Source of the DNA: a virus
Lineage: Duplodnaviria > Caudoviricetes
DNA length: 64,000 bases
Virus record (IMG/VR): IMGVR_UViG_3300021254_000026
Span: 32,001 to 96,000 of that record
Direction: 5' to 3' (one strand)
Shown here: positions 1 to 11,232 of the stretch, piece after piece
Numbering within the stretch: the first letter of the stretch is position 1
How the letters are laid out: each line of letters starts with the position of its first letter
Position numbers and translations under genes: made by a program
The notes under the pieces: generated by a model
Told to the model about the DNA's origin: nothing
The model's database searches: none
What the model saw: only the letters and a program-made list of their open reading frames with translations

Positions 1-964
1 ATTATGCTAGGTTGGGTGAATTTAAGACAGAGTCTCAGGCTGTGTCAAACCTACAGGACTACTACATGAAGAGTGCTGGCTACAAGTGCCCTCTAAGACA
101 GGCAAAGGAAGAGGTGGACTATTGTCTGAATCTGTACAAGAAACTACAGATTGGTAACTATGCATTGGAGGATGACTACACTTTTCCTGTTATGAACACT
201 CCTTGTGGAGTTGACAAGAAGTTATTATGGATTTGCCCGCTTCCTTGCGTTAGAAAGTACCTTGAAGAACAATGTGGATATAAAACACGATGGTATCATA
301 AGTTATTTTGGAAAGGTAAGAAACATTTTTAATTATGACAGACAAACAAAAAGAAGCCATTAAAATACTTAATAGAATAAGAAATTCTTCTGCTGGAGTT
401 CTCACAGAAGAGGATTACATGACAATTCTTGAAGCAATTTGGGATAATGATGTAAAAGATAAGGTTCAAATACAACCAATTCCTTTTAACATTCCTGATT
501 ATCAACTACCTTGTTATCATCCTGATGGTGTTTGTATAAATCCACAAAAGAATTGCATTAATTGCCCCAAACAGGGAACTTATAGTTCTACTTGGACTAG
601 TAATACAACAATTAATAAAGAAAAACCTGAAAATATATGATTGCAACTATTATTTTACTTATTTGGATGGTGTTGGGCCTTGGTGTTGCTATCGGTAAAC
701 ATGGAGAAGACCAGGGCGAATACAATGCTTGGATAACTTTACTATCCGCAATTATTCAACTTGTATTGCTCTACTACGCAGGACTATTTGACAAATTCTT
801 TAATTAAAGAAACTTATGAAAATTAATTATGCAGAACTTTATGGTGTAGCGCCTAATGAACAAGATTTCAGTGGAGCAATTAAGAGGTCACTTAATATGG
901 GGGTGATGCATCTTGGGGAGAATTTTATAGAAGCCATAAATAAAATCAGAAAAGGAGAATAACC

Positions 965-1192
965 ATGTTCAACAAGAAACGACTGAAGGAAATAGCAAAA
1001 TGACCATCGGTGTACGATTTAGCGTCATCCTATGGTAGATTGCACCAAGGTATTGTTAATATAGAAATCTATGAAGATGGTGCTGTGGAGGTAGTCAAGA
1101 GAATCGAGGACAAACTAAATCTCTATTGCAATAGACCAAATGAATTCTATGATGCAATTGAAAGAATGATTAAGGAACTAAAAAGAGAATAA
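965..1192 (+). CDS. Hypothetical protein with in-frame TGA at 1001-1003
   Basis: ATG 965 follows the same GGAGAATAACC junction as neighbouring genes; MFNKKRLKEIAK-(TGA)-PSVYDLAS is in frame with the ORF called at 1010. Confidence 0.55.
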
Positions 1193-2221
1193 ACTATGGA
1201 ACTAATAGATAAAGATAAAGTTGCAGCGGAGATAGAAAAAATTATGAGCCAACAGCAAGAAGTCTGTAAGAATGATGTTGCTAACGGTGAAGACCCAAAA
1301 ATAGAAAATATTTCTGTTATTTATCATCTTCAACAACTGTTAAAGATAATTGACACATTCAAAGTGAAAGATGTGGATTTGGAGAATTTATTTCAAGCAT
1401 TGCCTGAAAAGATTGCTGATGAGAAATCACATCAAGTATATGAATTGTCCATATATCATTATGACGGTCAGTGTGTTGTTGATTATGTAGGAGAAATTGA
1501 CCACGATTCTTTATATGCTTTTGGTGGAAACACTCTCTATGAGGCAATAGAAAAAGCGTGGAATTGGTTGCGTAAAAATTCAACAGGAGGATAGTTATGA
1601 GAAGATGTAATTTAAAAATGAGCGATAACTGTTATGGTTGTCCATATTACGGGAGTGGAGATGTAGAAGGTTGTAAATTAACTATTGCTTTTCATAAGAA
1701 ACACCTGAACCATACAGACGAAGATTATGAGAAATATATGCTAAAACACAGAAAGGAGAATAAACTATGAAATTGATAGAAAAAAGAAAGGCAACAGGAA
1801 AACTCGCTGAACTTATCAAGGAATTTAATGACCTCCCTTGTGAGGAAAAAATTCGTAGGATTAGTGAAACTCGTTTGGAAATGGAGAAAGAAGTTTGGAT
1901 AAGTAAAGCCTGTAAATATCTTGAAGAGAATCTGCTTGGTTATTGGAGTCAACTCAATGCCAATGACACCGATGATTTTATAGAAAGATTTAAGAAATCA
2001 ATGGAGGAGAATAAAATATGAAACTGATAATTAAGAATAGGTTTCTTCGCAAAGTAATTTTTTGTGTTTTATTTCCGATTGTCTTTATATGGCTTGGCTC
2101 TTGCTGGCTTATTATGAAATTAGGTCATGGCCTTTATGTGACAGGCGATTGGCTTAGCGGACACAGATTGGACGAGTATAATTGGACAGAAGAATTGTAA
2201 ATAATAAAGGGAGAATAAACT

Positions 2222-2662
2222 ATGAAAAGTTATACAGATTTAGAGCAAAGCAAGAAGTTGACAGAAATCCTGCCACAAGATAGTGCGGACATGTTTTATA
2301 AATATGTATTACCAAAGTCTGATAAGATACACCACATCCCAGAAATTGGCAACCCTATTAATTCATTGAAATGGTATAACGAAGGGTATACATTTAGAGG
2401 CAAGAAAGAACCAATAACACTAAATGAGTATTGTGTTCCTTGTTGGTCACTTGCTGCATTACTCGAAGCACTTGATGATGAAATTACTGATAAAGAAGGA
2501 AATGACTATACATTAACTATTGTAAAAGAAAATCTACAATATCAGCTTTATTATCATGATGCTTGGGGTCAAGTAGAAGATATTGAAACAGACTATTACG
2601 ATGATATGGTTGATGCTTGCTATGAGATGCTCGTAAAGTTACACAAGTTAAACTTATTGTAA
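2222..2662 (+). CDS. Hypothetical phage protein
   Basis: 146 aa ORF with the typical junction; YTDLEQSKKL...PCWSLAALL resembles Bacteroidota phage proteins. Confidence 0.7.
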   Translation: MKSYTDLEQSKKLTEILPQDSADMFYKYVLPKSDKIHHIPEIGNPINSLKWYNEGYTFRGKKEPITLNEYCVPCWSLAALLEALDDEITDKEGNDYTLTIVKENLQYQLYYHDAWGQVEDIETDYYDDMVDACYEMLVKLHKLNLL

Positions 2663-3353
2663 TTTATGCCTACATATTACGAAAGACAACAAGAATTAGC
2701 AGAAACGTTAAAAGATAAAATTAATAATCTGCTTGAAAATGATTCTGATATAGAAGTTAATTCTATTGATGAATTAGAAGATAAAGTTAAGAAATTAGTA
2801 AATCCTTATCATAATCTTCCAGAGATTAAACCTTATAATATAAATCAATCTACTTCCGCTGATGGTTGGAAATATGCTAAAAGAAAGTAACTATGACACA
2901 AGAAGAAATTAAAAAGGTTGAAGAGTTATATGAATATTGTAGACTCTATTTAAATGAAGAGTTTTCATGCACTAAATGTAAAGAAATCATAAAGCATTCC
3001 GATTGTAAAGGATGTCCAATTTATGTATCACATTTTGAAAATGATTAACTATGGATTACGAACAAAAATTAAAAGAAGCATTATCTGATGTAAATACACC
3101 TTATATAATTACTACTTGGATAGAGGAAAAGTTTCCAGAACTCGTAGAATCGGAGGACGAGAGAATAAGAAAACAAATCAGGGAGCTATTACTGGATGCC
3201 CCAACTGATGAACTTAGAAGACTTGATATAGACTTAAAGAAGGCTTTTAATTGGCTTGAATCGGTTAATCTCGACTTTTATCAGATAAGAGAAGGCGTGT
3301 TTAGTAGGCAATTAGTTGAAGATTTTAGAAAGTACATGGAAGGAGAATAAATT

Positions 3354-3566
3354 ATGATTAAAGTATTAGAAGAAAAACCTGTTCCACGCAAGACCATCAT
3401 TTGTGGCAATTGTGGTAGTGTCTTAGAGTATGGAAATGCAGACTTACATAAGGATTATGATCCTGATTATGAGCCTAATTATACTGGATTATACAGACCA
3501 ATGTGTTTTACATGCCCAGTATGCGGAGTTAAAGTAATTGCAGGCTGGATAGGAAAAAGAAAATAA
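3354..3566 (+). CDS. Small zinc-ribbon protein
   Basis: CGNCG...CPVCG pair. Confidence 0.7.
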   Translation: MIKVLEEKPVPRKTIICGNCGSVLEYGNADLHKDYDPDYEPNYTGLYRPMCFTCPVCGVKVIAGWIGKRK

Positions 3567-3811
3567 CTATGACGCACACTTGGAACAAGCAAGAGGAAAA
3601 TGATATTGATAATTTTACCATTGGATGGGAAAATGTCGATTTTGCTTGCATTATGAGAGATGGAACACTAAGAAAGTTTTCCGCATTTTTGGATGAATGC
3701 TATGATGGTTCCATTAATAAACACATTGAATGTTTTGAAAATGATGACTATACAACTGATGACATCTTGTATTGGATAGATATGCCATAATATAAAAAAT
3801 GAGGATAAACT

Positions 3812-4216
3812 ATGAAATATAACAAAAATATTAAAAACGAAGTACCCTGTCCAGAAGATATGGACGAGCAGTGTATTGAGTTGTACTACCTGCTGAACAG
3901 CCTTCCTGACACAGCAACGTTTGACTGTTGCTGCGGTCACGAAAGAAAACCATTTATGATGTTCTTCAGATGTGATAACATTGGGGTTCTGACAAGGCTT
4001 GGAAGAGCGGTTAACAAGAACTATTCCGATGGTAACTGGGAACTTCTTGTGGATAGCGTTGACGCAGAGCCTTATGGCTGCTTCTGGCTCAGGACAAACA
4101 AGGTTCTTACAAAGGAAGAACTTGATACAAGTCTTGACGGTTTGCTTTATAGCATAAGATATTGGTTTAGCGACGAGTTCGATGACTATTTTAAAAATCC
4201 ACTTAAGGAAGAATAA
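3812..4216 (+). CDS. Hypothetical phage protein
   Basis: 134 aa ORF with T..CC.GH motif; higher GC than flanks. Confidence 0.65.
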   Translation: MKYNKNIKNEVPCPEDMDEQCIELYYLLNSLPDTATFDCCCGHERKPFMMFFRCDNIGVLTRLGRAVNKNYSDGNWELLVDSVDAEPYGCFWLRTNKVLTKEELDTSLDGLLYSIRYWFSDEFDDYFKNPLKEE

Positions 4217-4460
4217 GTTATGACAAGAAAAGAATATTATAACATTCTAGAAAAGATTGGCATACAGCAGCAAGTGGCAACTTTTCTTAAATATGTTATG
4301 AATATGCGTGAAATATATCCACAATTCAAGCAAATGACTTTAGATGAGATATATGAGTATTTAAATCAGAAAGAAACTGTTTGGGAGTTAGAGATACAGC
4401 AAGATTTAAAAGTAGAATAAATCATGAAAATCGAGGTTTACGACTGAATATTTAGAATTT

Positions 4461-5105
4461 ATGTATTTAGATTTAGAAGACAATACACTTTGGGAAAATT
4501 GTAAACCTGGTGTAAATAAATGGAGACAATTTATGGGGTTGTCACCTGAATATCATTCAGACTTTGTTCGATTTAAATGTGTTAAACATGAAGATAGCTA
4601 TAAAACAGCTGGAATACAAACAATACCGTTACTTAGCGATGGCACTGTTGAAGTAAAAGCACGATTTAAAGGAGGTAAGAGTAGTTGGCCAGCAATATGG
4701 ATGATAAATGAAAGAAATGTTACACAATATTATGAAATTGATCTTTGTGAATATTTTGGCGATAACAACAAAGTAAAGTCTGGTGTGTTTATGTCTAAAC
4801 ATATGTCTTCACTAATTAGAAGATTGTTTAGACCAAAAAGGAATACTAAAATAAAGAAGGGAGATTGGAATGTATTTAGGTGTGAATGGGATGATAAAGC
4901 AATTAAAATATATGTCAACGGAAAATTAGTTATAAACTATAAAAATAACGGAAAAGAAACATCATACCCACAAACAAAAGAAGACCGTAAATATAATTTA
5001 TTTTTATCAATGCAATATGCACACGGAAAGCCTAAGCCAAATCAGTTGCCATTATGGATGGACGTAGCATATGTAAAATACGATTCTAAAAATGAAACTA
5101 ATTAA
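4461..5105 (+). CDS. GH16-like glycoside hydrolase (ConA/laminarinase fold)
   Basis: GTVEVKARF, SWPAIWM, catalytic EIDLCE (ExDxxE), MDVAYVK. Confidence 0.75.
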   Translation: MYLDLEDNTLWENCKPGVNKWRQFMGLSPEYHSDFVRFKCVKHEDSYKTAGIQTIPLLSDGTVEVKARFKGGKSSWPAIWMINERNVTQYYEIDLCEYFGDNNKVKSGVFMSKHMSSLIRRLFRPKRNTKIKKGDWNVFRCEWDDKAIKIYVNGKLVINYKNNGKETSYPQTKEDRKYNLFLSMQYAHGKPKPNQLPLWMDVAYVKYDSKNETN

Positions 5106-5358
5106 AACTTGTAACGCTTGTCCAGAACAATATGATGTTTTGGATGAAAAAGGTAAATATGTAGGATATATCCGATTCAGATTTGGAGAATTAGAAGTAC
5201 ATCCTATAAAAGATGACGGAGAACCAGACTGGGAAGTCCATTTATTAAGTAGATCGGTTAATGACGATTTACTTGGAGTTATTCCTGATGGTGTTAGAAA
5301 AAAATGGTTAGAAGAAAGTAAACAAGCAATTTTAGATTATTATGATTGTAACAAGTAG
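5092..5358 (+). CDS. Hypothetical phage protein
   Basis: TCNACPEQYDV...GYIRFRFG motif. Confidence 0.7.
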   Translation: MKLIKTCNACPEQYDVLDEKGKYVGYIRFRFGELEVHPIKDDGEPDWEVHLLSRSVNDDLLGVIPDGVRKKWLEESKQAILDYYDCNK

Positions 5359-5983
5359 TAATATAAAAGACCTTAACATTTCTGAAAGTGAAAAGAAATT
5401 TCTTCATGCTGATTTAGTGGATATTGAAGAAATTAATTCTATAACTGGAAATGAGTTTTTCATTCATTATCAAGATTGGCATGACGAGTATTCACCAGAA
5501 AGAACAGATCCTTGCCCAGACTATTATGGATATTTTAGTGTTAGAGAAAAAGATAATCCATATGAAGATATTGGGTTAAAATGTGCAACTGAGGATTGTC
5601 TTCAAACGACAATTTTTACAATATATCAAACCTGTGTGGCAATATTCGGAGAAAATCATTATGAAGTTGGAGATGGTTGGGTTCCTCTTATTAAAGAAGC
5701 AGAAAGAGTTGTGAGAGAATGGAATATTAATCATCCTGATGAACCACGTATAAAATTCATTCAAATTAAAGAGAAGTATGGTGGTTTAAGATTATATGTA
5801 AATGCTGCTCCGAAAGAAATTTTCGATAAGTTGGATGAACTAGAAGAAAAGTCTTATACTATTTGTGAATTTTGTGGCGCTACTGAAAATGTAGATACTA
5901 AAGAAACACATGGTTGGATATATACATTATGTGATAAATGTAGAAAAAAAGAAGAAGAAAGATGGACAAATACGATTCAGTAA
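5342..5983 (+). CDS. Phage protein with C-terminal zinc finger
   Basis: GDGW...QIKEKYGGLRLY...CEFCG...TLCDKC. Confidence 0.7.
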   Translation: MIVTSSNIKDLNISESEKKFLHADLVDIEEINSITGNEFFIHYQDWHDEYSPERTDPCPDYYGYFSVREKDNPYEDIGLKCATEDCLQTTIFTIYQTCVAIFGENHYEVGDGWVPLIKEAERVVREWNINHPDEPRIKFIQIKEKYGGLRLYVNAAPKEIFDKLDELEEKSYTICEFCGATENVDTKETHGWIYTLCDKCRKKEEERWTNTIQ

Positions 5984-6179
5984 TTCAAGACTTGTTTAAG
6001 AAACAAAAAGAATATGTAGATTTAAGAGAAGAGTATAATTTAAAGATTGTTGATTTTATTAAAGATAAGATTATACAATATCCTTCCCTTAGATTCTATC
6101 AATTGTTAGATATATTAGGTTTAACAGAGCCTAATAAATTTTACGAAGAATCGGTAGAAACATATAATAAATTAACAAA

Positions 6180-7367
6180 ATGTCTCTAATTAATAAAGCA
6201 ATTGGTTATTCCTATAATGATTTAAGTATTATTCCAACAAAAAGTTCTAGTGTTAACTCTAGAAAAGAATGTTGCCCCTATACTCAAGATTCGTATCTTC
6301 CTATATTTACAGCACCAATGGCAAGTGTTGTAAGTGATAAAAATTGGTATGTTTTTGAAAATAATGGTATTTATTCTATTATTCCAAGAAATATAGATTT
6401 ATCTATTAGGAAAACTCACATAGAGGTTGGACATTGGGTCGCATTATCTTTACAAGAATTTCAAGACATTTTTATTTCAGAAAATTGTGATAGAAAAAAA
6501 TCCGCTGTATATAAAATATGTATTGATATTGCAAATGGACATATGAGCAAATTGTATAATTTATGTTCTATAGCAAAAGAGATTGCTCATAAACAAGAAT
6601 ATACACTTATTATTATGACAGGTAATATTGCTAATCCAGAAACTTATGATTGGATTACAGATATGAATGAAAATCATAATTATAACGTAGTTGATTATAT
6701 AAGGGTTGGTATTGGATCTGGATCGGGATGTATAACATCTAGTAATACTGGAATACATTATCCTATAGCATCATTAATTAATGAGTGTAGTTTGTATAAA
6801 ACAAAACATTCGCCTAAGTTAATTGCTGATGGAGGAATTCGCAATTATTCAGATGTAATTAAAGCATTAGCTCTTGGTGCTGATTATGTAATGATTGGTA
6901 GTCTGTTTGCACAATGTATTGAAAGTGCAGGTACTAAAATCATTAAAGATGCTAAAAATTGTGTATTTAAACTAAATAAATATAAAAATTTAGTGTGTGA
7001 AAATCAAGTTTGGTATGGATATAATTCAGATGAAACCTTAGAATATTATAAAAATAAGGTGTTTACAGACCAAGAACTACCAAGTTGTTTCTTCGAAAGG
7101 AAACTTGTTGGTAAATTAGATGTAGTATTCTTTGGTATGGCTTCAGCAGATGGTCAGAAATCTATATCTGGAGAAAAGACTAAAACTGCTGAAGGTATTA
7201 CTAAAAGATTACCAGTATTATATACTCTAGAAGGTTGGTGTAATAATATGGAAGATTATTTAAAATCAGCTATGAGTTATACAGACTGTAAAACACTTAC
7301 TCAATTTAAAGTAAAAGCAAATTTAATTGTAAACAGTATTAGTGAAATTAATTCAGTTAATAAATGA
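6180..7367 (+). CDS. GMP reductase / IMP dehydrogenase family protein
   Basis: IDIANGH, RVGIGSGSGCIT, IADGGI, ALALGADYVMIGS, FFGMAS. Confidence 0.9.
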   Translation: MSLINKAIGYSYNDLSIIPTKSSSVNSRKECCPYTQDSYLPIFTAPMASVVSDKNWYVFENNGIYSIIPRNIDLSIRKTHIEVGHWVALSLQEFQDIFISENCDRKKSAVYKICIDIANGHMSKLYNLCSIAKEIAHKQEYTLIIMTGNIANPETYDWITDMNENHNYNVVDYIRVGIGSGSGCITSSNTGIHYPIASLINECSLYKTKHSPKLIADGGIRNYSDVIKALALGADYVMIGSLFAQCIESAGTKIIKDAKNCVFKLNKYKNLVCENQVWYGYNSDETLEYYKNKVFTDQELPSCFFERKLVGKLDVVFFGMASADGQKSISGEKTKTAEGITKRLPVLYTLEGWCNNMEDYLKSAMSYTDCKTLTQFKVKANLIVNSISEINSVNK

Positions 7368-7594
7368 CGATAGTTTTTAATTTAAGTTGCATAATCTTAT
7401 ATTTTTTAGAAATCTGTATTATTATTAAAGATGTATGAAGGAAGACGAATTTGTTGTAATTACTTGGCCCGAAGTTCAAGAGTTGTTTGGATTGGAAGAT
7501 TTTAGGGAAAATTCAAGTCTTGTAAATACTCCTGAATTGTTAGAAGAATATGGAAGCAGTGCTTATTTTGTAAGAAAAGATTGGTTGTGGTCAC

Positions 7595-8056
7595 ATGTAC
7601 TATAAATTAATAAATTTATACCATGATATTCGTTCATGGTTCAAATGGTGTTTTACCAAGTATAAGTATCAATTAGTTAAAGAAGCATTTAAGGGTCAAA
7701 ATTGGGACTATGCATATCTTTTAGAACTTGAACAAGCAAAGATGAAAGAAATGCTTAACTACTATGAAAACAAAGTTACTTGGATTGATACTACAGATAT
7801 TGTAAGGGACCTCAAGCTTTGTATAAAACTTCTCGATATTATAACAGGTAAGAAAGAAATTTATAATGTTGAGTGGGTTTGTGGAAGAGCAGAGCATAAG
7901 TGCTTAGTAAATGTTAATTTACGGAACTACAAGAGATTCTTTCTTGAAGGAGATTATAAGATCTTACAGAAATATAAGGAAGATTTGTATATGCATAAAG
8001 CTTGGCACTTGTATCATTTGATTAGAGAGTATAATATGCAAAATTGGTGGGATTAA
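7595..8056 (+). CDS. Hypothetical phage protein
   Basis: 153 aa ORF ending NWWD. Confidence 0.7.
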   Translation: MYYKLINLYHDIRSWFKWCFTKYKYQLVKEAFKGQNWDYAYLLELEQAKMKEMLNYYENKVTWIDTTDIVRDLKLCIKLLDIITGKKEIYNVEWVCGRAEHKCLVNVNLRNYKRFFLEGDYKILQKYKEDLYMHKAWHLYHLIREYNMQNWWD

Positions 8057-8058
8057 AT

Positions 8059-8589
8059 ATGGAAAAAGAAATTAAAGTTGTTGTCCCAGAGGGATATGAA
8101 ATTGATAAAGAGAATTCTACGTTTGAGTGTATCAAATTTAAACCTGTAAAACAAAAGTTTGTATATATTGATTTAGGTCTTCCTAGTGGAACTCTTTGGG
8201 CTACTTGTAATGTGGGAGCAAAAAATATGTCAGATTTTGGAGATTATCTTACATTCAGCGAAGCCTATAAAAAATATGAATTACCTAAGATGTGGCAATT
8301 TGATGAATTGATAGAAGAATGTACCTGGAAATGGGATAAATTCGATGAAATATTCGGATACTATGTTATTGGTCCGAATGGTAACTCCATATTCCTACCT
8401 GCTACAGGGATTCAAGACAACGATACGTCACTACATGGTTCTTATGGCAGTTATTGGTCACGTACACTCTACTCAATGGGCCCAAACCGCGCGTGGGGTC
8501 TGTATTTTATCAATGATAAGGTGAGTATGAGCAGTTTATACCGATGCTACGGACGAAATGTTCGTCCAATATTAAACAGAAAACAATAA
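8059..8589 (+). CDS. Bacteroidales C-type-lectin-fold protein (DUF1566/Fib_succ_major-like)
   Basis: IDLGLPSGTLWATCNVGA, GPNGNSIFLPA, YWSRT, RCYGRNVRPI. Confidence 0.75.
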   Translation: MEKEIKVVVPEGYEIDKENSTFECIKFKPVKQKFVYIDLGLPSGTLWATCNVGAKNMSDFGDYLTFSEAYKKYELPKMWQFDELIEECTWKWDKFDEIFGYYVIGPNGNSIFLPATGIQDNDTSLHGSYGSYWSRTLYSMGPNRAWGLYFINDKVSMSSLYRCYGRNVRPILNRKQ

Positions 8590-8599
8590 AAATATTAAA

Positions 8600-10153
8600 A
8601 TGATAAAAGAAACAATTTTATTAACGGATGGTTATAAGCTTGGCCATCATCGTCAATATCCTGAAGGCACTGAAATGGTTTACTCAAACTGGACACCTCG
8701 TAGTAACAAATACTTTCCAGAAGCTGAGGATGGTTCAGTAGTATTTGGGCTTCAATATCTTATTAAAGAGTATCTTATTAAGCAGTTTAACGAGAATTTC
8801 TTTAATATACCTGAAGAAGAAGCTGTAGAACAATTCTATTATAGGGTAAATAACTTTGTAGGAATTGATAATGTTGGTATTGACCATATTAGACAACTAC
8901 ATAAATTAGGATTCCTCCCTATTGAGATTAAAGCACTTCCAGAAGGTTCTGTTTGTCCTATTAGATGTCCTATGATGACTATTAAGAATACAATTCCTGA
9001 GTTTTTCTGGTTAACAAATTATCTGGAAACTCTAATTAGTTGTATTCTTTGGATGCCTTGTACTAGTGCTACTAAATCAAGACTTTATAAAAAGGAATTG
9101 ATAAGACACGCAAATCTTACTGGATATAACGAAGGCTTAGATTTCAGTTGTCATGATTTCTCTATGAGAGGTATGGGTGGTATTGAAGCTGCTATTATTA
9201 GTGGAATGGCTCACATGACTTCATTTTGTGGTACTGAAAGTATTCCTGCTATAGCTGCTGTAGAAGAATATTATAATGCAAATTCTTCAAAGGAACTTGT
9301 TGCGGCTACTGTACCAGCAACTGAGCATAGTGTTATGTGTGCTGGTGGAGAATATGGTGAAATAGAGACCTTTAAGAGACTTATTAATGAAGTATATCCT
9401 ACTGGTATTGTAAGTATAGTATCTGATACTTGGGATTTCTGGCAAGTAATTGAAAAGTTCTTACCTACTCTTAAGAAAGATATTATGTCTAGAGATGGTA
9501 GAGTTGTAATTCGTCCTGATAGTGGAGACCCTGTTGATATTATTTGTGGACTTAGAACTAACCCACATTATAATACTAAGATTAAGGATGGAAAATATTA
9601 TGTATGCTATGAACCTTTTAAGGAAGATTCAAAGTATGTAGAAATTTCTAAAGGACAATACTATGGTGCTTACTGGATGCTTGGAGAAATCTTTGGTTGG
9701 CAAACAACAAAAAATGGATATAATTACCCAGATTCTCATATAGGATTGCTTTATGGAGATTCTATTACACTTGAGAGACAGAAACATATTTATTCTAGAC
9801 TTGAAAGTGTTAAGTGTGCAGCATGTAATCTTGTGCTTGGTGTAGGTAGTTATAGTTTCCAGTATGCAAGTAGAGATTCACTCGGATTTGCATTGAAAGC
9901 AACAGCTTGTGTTGTAAATGGAGAATATCGTCCAATCTTTAAACATCCTAAAACTGATGATGGAACTAAGAATTCTCTTAAAGGTCTAATTGCTGTTTAT
10001 AAGAGTGAGACTGGTAAATATTATGCTAAAGATGAAGTTTCATTTGAAGAAGAGAAACAAGGTGAATTAAAGACTGTCTTTAAAGATGGAAAACTCCTTG
10101 TTGACTGGACTTTACAAGAAATCCGTGATAGAATAAATGAAAGCTTATCTTGA
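8600..10153 (+). CDS. nadV: Nicotinamide phosphoribosyltransferase-like protein (NadV/Namat-like)
   Basis: LLTDGYKLGH, HDFSMRG, PATEHSVM, SIVSDTWD, VIRPDSGDP, LYGDSIT, KNSLKG. Confidence 0.93.
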   Translation: MIKETILLTDGYKLGHHRQYPEGTEMVYSNWTPRSNKYFPEAEDGSVVFGLQYLIKEYLIKQFNENFFNIPEEEAVEQFYYRVNNFVGIDNVGIDHIRQLHKLGFLPIEIKALPEGSVCPIRCPMMTIKNTIPEFFWLTNYLETLISCILWMPCTSATKSRLYKKELIRHANLTGYNEGLDFSCHDFSMRGMGGIEAAIISGMAHMTSFCGTESIPAIAAVEEYYNANSSKELVAATVPATEHSVMCAGGEYGEIETFKRLINEVYPTGIVSIVSDTWDFWQVIEKFLPTLKKDIMSRDGRVVIRPDSGDPVDIICGLRTNPHYNTKIKDGKYYVCYEPFKEDSKYVEISKGQYYGAYWMLGEIFGWQTTKNGYNYPDSHIGLLYGDSITLERQKHIYSRLESVKCAACNLVLGVGSYSFQYASRDSLGFALKATACVVNGEYRPIFKHPKTDDGTKNSLKGLIAVYKSETGKYYAKDEVSFEEEKQGELKTVFKDGKLLVDWTLQEIRDRINESLS

Positions 10154-10295
10154 ATGGAGATGCCGAACCAATTGGCATAATAAATATTTGAAATATATTA
10201 ATGAGTGGGTGTCCAATGTGACTCCCACTCAATTAGAATATTTTAAAATTGAGAAACAACATTTAATAGATAAAGGAGTTTATTATGAGATATAA
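10137..10295 (+). CDS. Small hypothetical protein (52 aa)
   Basis: MKAYLEWRCRTNWHNKYLKY...; bridges the two flanking genes. Confidence 0.6.
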   Translation: MKAYLEWRCRTNWHNKYLKYINEWVSNVTPTQLEYFKIEKQHLIDKGVYYEI

Positions 10296-10746
10296 TTTTC
10301 CTCCATTTATACATCCGTTCTGTGATGATGGGTGTATAACTCGGTTAATAGACGAGTATTGTAAATATAAAAATTTAGTAATTGGATTTGATTTTGATAA
10401 TACTATATTCGATTACCATAACAATGGACAGTGCTATGCTCAAGTAATTGATATTCTTAAAAAATGTAAAGATTTAGGTTTTACTCTTTGTCTTTGTACT
10501 TCTGAATTGGACCCAGAGTGATTAGACTGGAAAATTAAATATTGTGAGCATTTTGGAATTAAACCAGATTATGTAAACGAAAGTCCAATACTGAATGGAA
10601 CTAAGAAACCATTCTTTAGTATTTTACTAGACGATAGGGCTGGTTTACAAAGTGCTTTCTCAATATTACAAAAGGTGATAAAATATGCAGAAGAAGAACA
10701 AATTGGTGGTAATATTCAAACTATTAAAGAGAATATTCATTCATAA
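10285..10746 (+). CDS. HAD-superfamily hydrolase interrupted by in-frame TGA at 10519-10521
   Basis: Motif I GFDFDNT upstream of the TGA; VNESP and motif IV ILLDDRA downstream in the same frame. Confidence 0.75.
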
Positions 10747-11230
10747 GTTTTGGGTAGCATATTATTGTTTTCAGATAGGATTATATTGGCAAGGTTTAAC
10801 ACATGATTTATCTAAGTTTAGTTGGACTGAATTTAAAGGAGCTATTAAGTATTGGGATGACAATATAAGTTCTTTAAGAAATGAAAAACTTAAGAATGGT
10901 TATTCTGAAACATTCCTACATCATAGAGGCAGAAACCCACATCACTATGAATATTGGATTCATAGCTTAGACAACGGAGGAATACCTGCACCAATGCCTA
11001 GAAAGTATGCTCTAGAATTAGTGTGTGATTATTTGGCTGCCTGTAGAACATATGGTAGTAACCCCAGAGACGAATATGATTGGTGGGAAGAGAATTCTAA
11101 ACGAATGAAAATTGAAAACTCTACTAAATATTATATTGGGAAAGTGTTCTGGGCGTTTCAACAAGGGTTATATTTAGAACAGGCTGTTGAGTTTGCTGAT
11201 TCTAAAATGTATAATAAATTATATATGTAA
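10685..11230 (+). CDS. HD-domain-like protein (DUF5662-like)
   Basis: HKFWV...HDLSKF...HHRGRNPHHYEYW...CDY. Confidence 0.75.
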   Translation: MQKKNKLVVIFKLLKRIFIHKFWVAYYCFQIGLYWQGLTHDLSKFSWTEFKGAIKYWDDNISSLRNEKLKNGYSETFLHHRGRNPHHYEYWIHSLDNGGIPAPMPRKYALELVCDYLAACRTYGSNPRDEYDWWEENSKRMKIENSTKYYIGKVFWAFQQGLYLEQAVEFADSKMYNKLYM

Positions 11231-11232
11231 TT

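Larger units (their letters stand above)
12..4420 (+). other. Cluster of ~20 small, tightly packed hypothetical early phage genes
   Basis: Co-oriented 50-150 aa ORFs joined by recurring GGAGAATAA(A/C)CTATG or TAATTATG junctions; no enzyme motifs recognised. Confidence 0.75.

Noticed and set aside
8059-8589. Possible diversity-generating retroelement target (C-type lectin fold C terminus)
   Set aside because: No reverse transcriptase or template repeat seen in the window
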